From: Octopus bimaculoides
Taxonomy: Eukaryota
Assembly: GCF_001194135.2 (NCBI RefSeq)
Contig: NC_068998.1
Location: 35,959,959-36,023,958, forward strand
Direction: 5' to 3'
DNA: 64,000 nucleotides
Below the pieces are notes generated by a model. That model worked only from the letters and a program-made list of their open reading frames with translations. It did not search any database and had not been told where the DNA came from. Shown here in pieces: positions 61,761 through 64,000 of this stretch (positions are counted from its first letter, which is position 1; each line of letters starts with the position of its first letter). The position numbers and the translations under genes were made by a program.

Positions 61761-63337
61761 TATAACCCTTACATAAATATTGAGTGTTCAACACTGCCTT
61801 CTTCTGAAGTAAAAGATGAAGTGAAGCAAGGTTATATGTCTGCACTAGCTTTTATTTATTAATTTTTTTTTGTTATTTAATTTCTGTTATTCTACATAAT
61901 ACATTTATAGGTTAGCTAGACAGAGTCCAAGACTATCGGAAATAAACATTAAAGTTTTTACACTGAGCTGATAAATTTGATGAACACTTTGGTTCCAGAA
62001 TGTCAAAAGAAAAATATGCTCAAAAACAGCACCAAGTCTTGAACCATGAATGATATTAGAAAATCATATCTTAGAAGTTGTCAATGAATTCTCATTTCTT
62101 ATTTCTATTATTACATCTTATTCACTGACTTAGTAATGTATGTAAATTTAAAAGTTTCCGAGAGAATTTCTGAAAGGCAAAGCAAACAGCTTTTTCACCA
62201 ACCACTGTAGGGTCTTAACAGACCTTAAATCTTCAGTTAAGTCTTTTTATTAATTATAAATCGTTAAGGCCTACCTCTTTCCCATCTCCTATTTCCCCTA
62301 TATACTCCTTCAAACTGCACCCACCCTAATCCAACTGTCCCCTATTCATCTACTCTGAGGAGACTGATATTCATGCTCTTTCTCCTAAAGGTGTGTAACC
62401 ACATAGCTCCTCTCTACCCTCTTCTCCTTTCTGTCCTCCACCCCATCCTCCATGACTTTTGTAGTCTTGTGAGCTGTATGGTGACTTCACTTGTGCTGGC
62501 AGTACAAAAACTCACCCAGTGCACTCTGTAAAGTGGTTGGCATTAGGAAGGGCATCCAGCCTTAGAAACCTTGCCAAAGCAGACACTGGAGCATGATGCG
62601 GTCCTTAGACCCCCTCAGATCCTATCAAACCATCCAATCCATGCTAGCACAGAACATGGATGTTAAATGATGATGATGATAAATAGAACATTAAGTTGAT
62701 GAATTTGCAGAATGCCTTGCAAAATTCATTCCAGTTTCTGGTTTCAGAGATACAGTGCAGAGAACAACCTTTGCAATTTTTAAGCTAATCATTTGAATTG
62801 TTCCAAAATATACTTGTTTTCCATGCTCAGTTGCATTATCTCTGCACAAATTGGGAGTATGGTGGCTACAGATAAATGGTTGCAATTGAAGTGGCTATGC
62901 TCTTTTGTTGCTTGTAAATGTTGTATATAATTTATATCAATCATCTTAATCATTGAAATGCTGTACACACTCAAAAATACTTTGTTCCTTAATTAAAATG
63001 GTTTACCTTGTCCATATTTCCAGGTCAACTGAAATACAGACACACAATCAAACTGTGTGCTCTCTGTCATGTTTTTTCCACTGGTGCTACAACAGTGGCC
63101 TGACAATTTACCATATCTTCTGTATTTTCTATAATATAACTACTACAGTGGTCTTTGCAACTCAGATTTGTTAAGTGCTGATTCTATATCACCTGACTCA
63201 GTGCATCATTCTTACATTCAACTTCAGCACCCCCAACACCTTTGATGTGTCTCATCACACTGCGATGTGTGCGTTGATGATAAATTCTTGAAAGGTGGGT
63301 TTCAGTCAATTCCAGAGAAAGGTTGGGTAAAATATAT

Positions 63338-63700
63338 AGGCACAGGCATGGTTGTGTGGTAAGAAGTTTGCTTTTCAGCCATATGGTCCTGGTTGGCAAA
63401 TATCTTCAATTATAGCCCAGGGCTGGCCAAATCGTTATGAGTGGATTTGGTAGACAGGATCTGAAAGAAGCCTGCCATGAGTGTATGTGTGTTTGTTCCC
63501 ACAACTACTTGACAATGGGTGTTGGTTTGATTACATGTCCATAACTTAGTGATTTGGTAAAAGGGCCTGACAGAATAAGTACTTTCTTTAAAATATATAT
63601 ATAAAAGTACTGGGATCAATTTGTTTGGTTAAATTCCTTCAAGTCGATGCTCCAGCATGGTTGCTGTCAAATGACCAAAATAAATATAAGATAGAAGATT
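63338..63700 (+). mobile_element. Older OR-type tRNA SINE
   Basis: GGCACAGGCATGGTTGTGTGGTAAGAAG head through GATGCTCCAGCATGG tail. Confidence 0.85.
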
Positions 63701-64000
63701 TATAAGCATATACCCAACCCTTCTTTCCTAAAGAAAAGGGAAATGCTCTCTGAAATATCTCTTATGTTTTTATGTTTCTTTTCATCAAACCTCTAACTTA
63801 AGACCATTTAGAGCATACATTAATTGCACAAAAATCTCACCTAGATATTTATTCTTGTCTCTCAAATATGATGGTGTGCAAAGGAAGGAGGATAGATGAA
63901 GACATGAGACCGCTAGCTATGAGCACTATGTCTCCTGTTCAAATTGACAGATTGTTTTAATTTTTCAGCATTACATTCTGTCATTCATTGACATAAATGA

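Overview
AT-rich, transposon-saturated eukaryotic genomic DNA from a gapped draft assembly (many N runs flanked by microsatellites). The dominant tRNA-derived SINE and RTE tails look like the octopus OR/OK-type families, so this is probably an Octopus scaffold (inferred from family recognition, not a database hit). The only host gene I can recognise is cysteine dioxygenase (CDO1, + strand), with two clean internal coding exons at 46949-47187 and 54455-54621; I could not place its first or last coding exons. The rest is TE debris: four mariner remnants, two maT/DD37D remnants, a Gypsy 5' remnant with LTR and PBS, R4/Dong, RTE, CR1/L2-like and Penelope-like fragments, Helitron-like elements, hAT- and piggyBac-type MITEs, and SINEs. 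The most interesting non-obvious signals are an apparently intact minimal type I hammerhead ribozyme with a compensatory U3-A8 core pair (1628-1693, minus) plus two decayed relatives, a pair of near-perfect hairpins sharing a GGTGGT loop motif (38035-38220), a 72-bp near-perfect hairpin downstream of the CDO1 exons, a decayed ~340-bp tandem duplication with synonymous-biased divergence (23850-24460), and a drop in CpG content near 28 kb that suggests where the methylated gene body starts. There are no prokaryotic features or CRISPR arrays, and long ORFs in the supplied track that cross N runs or microsatellites are artefacts.
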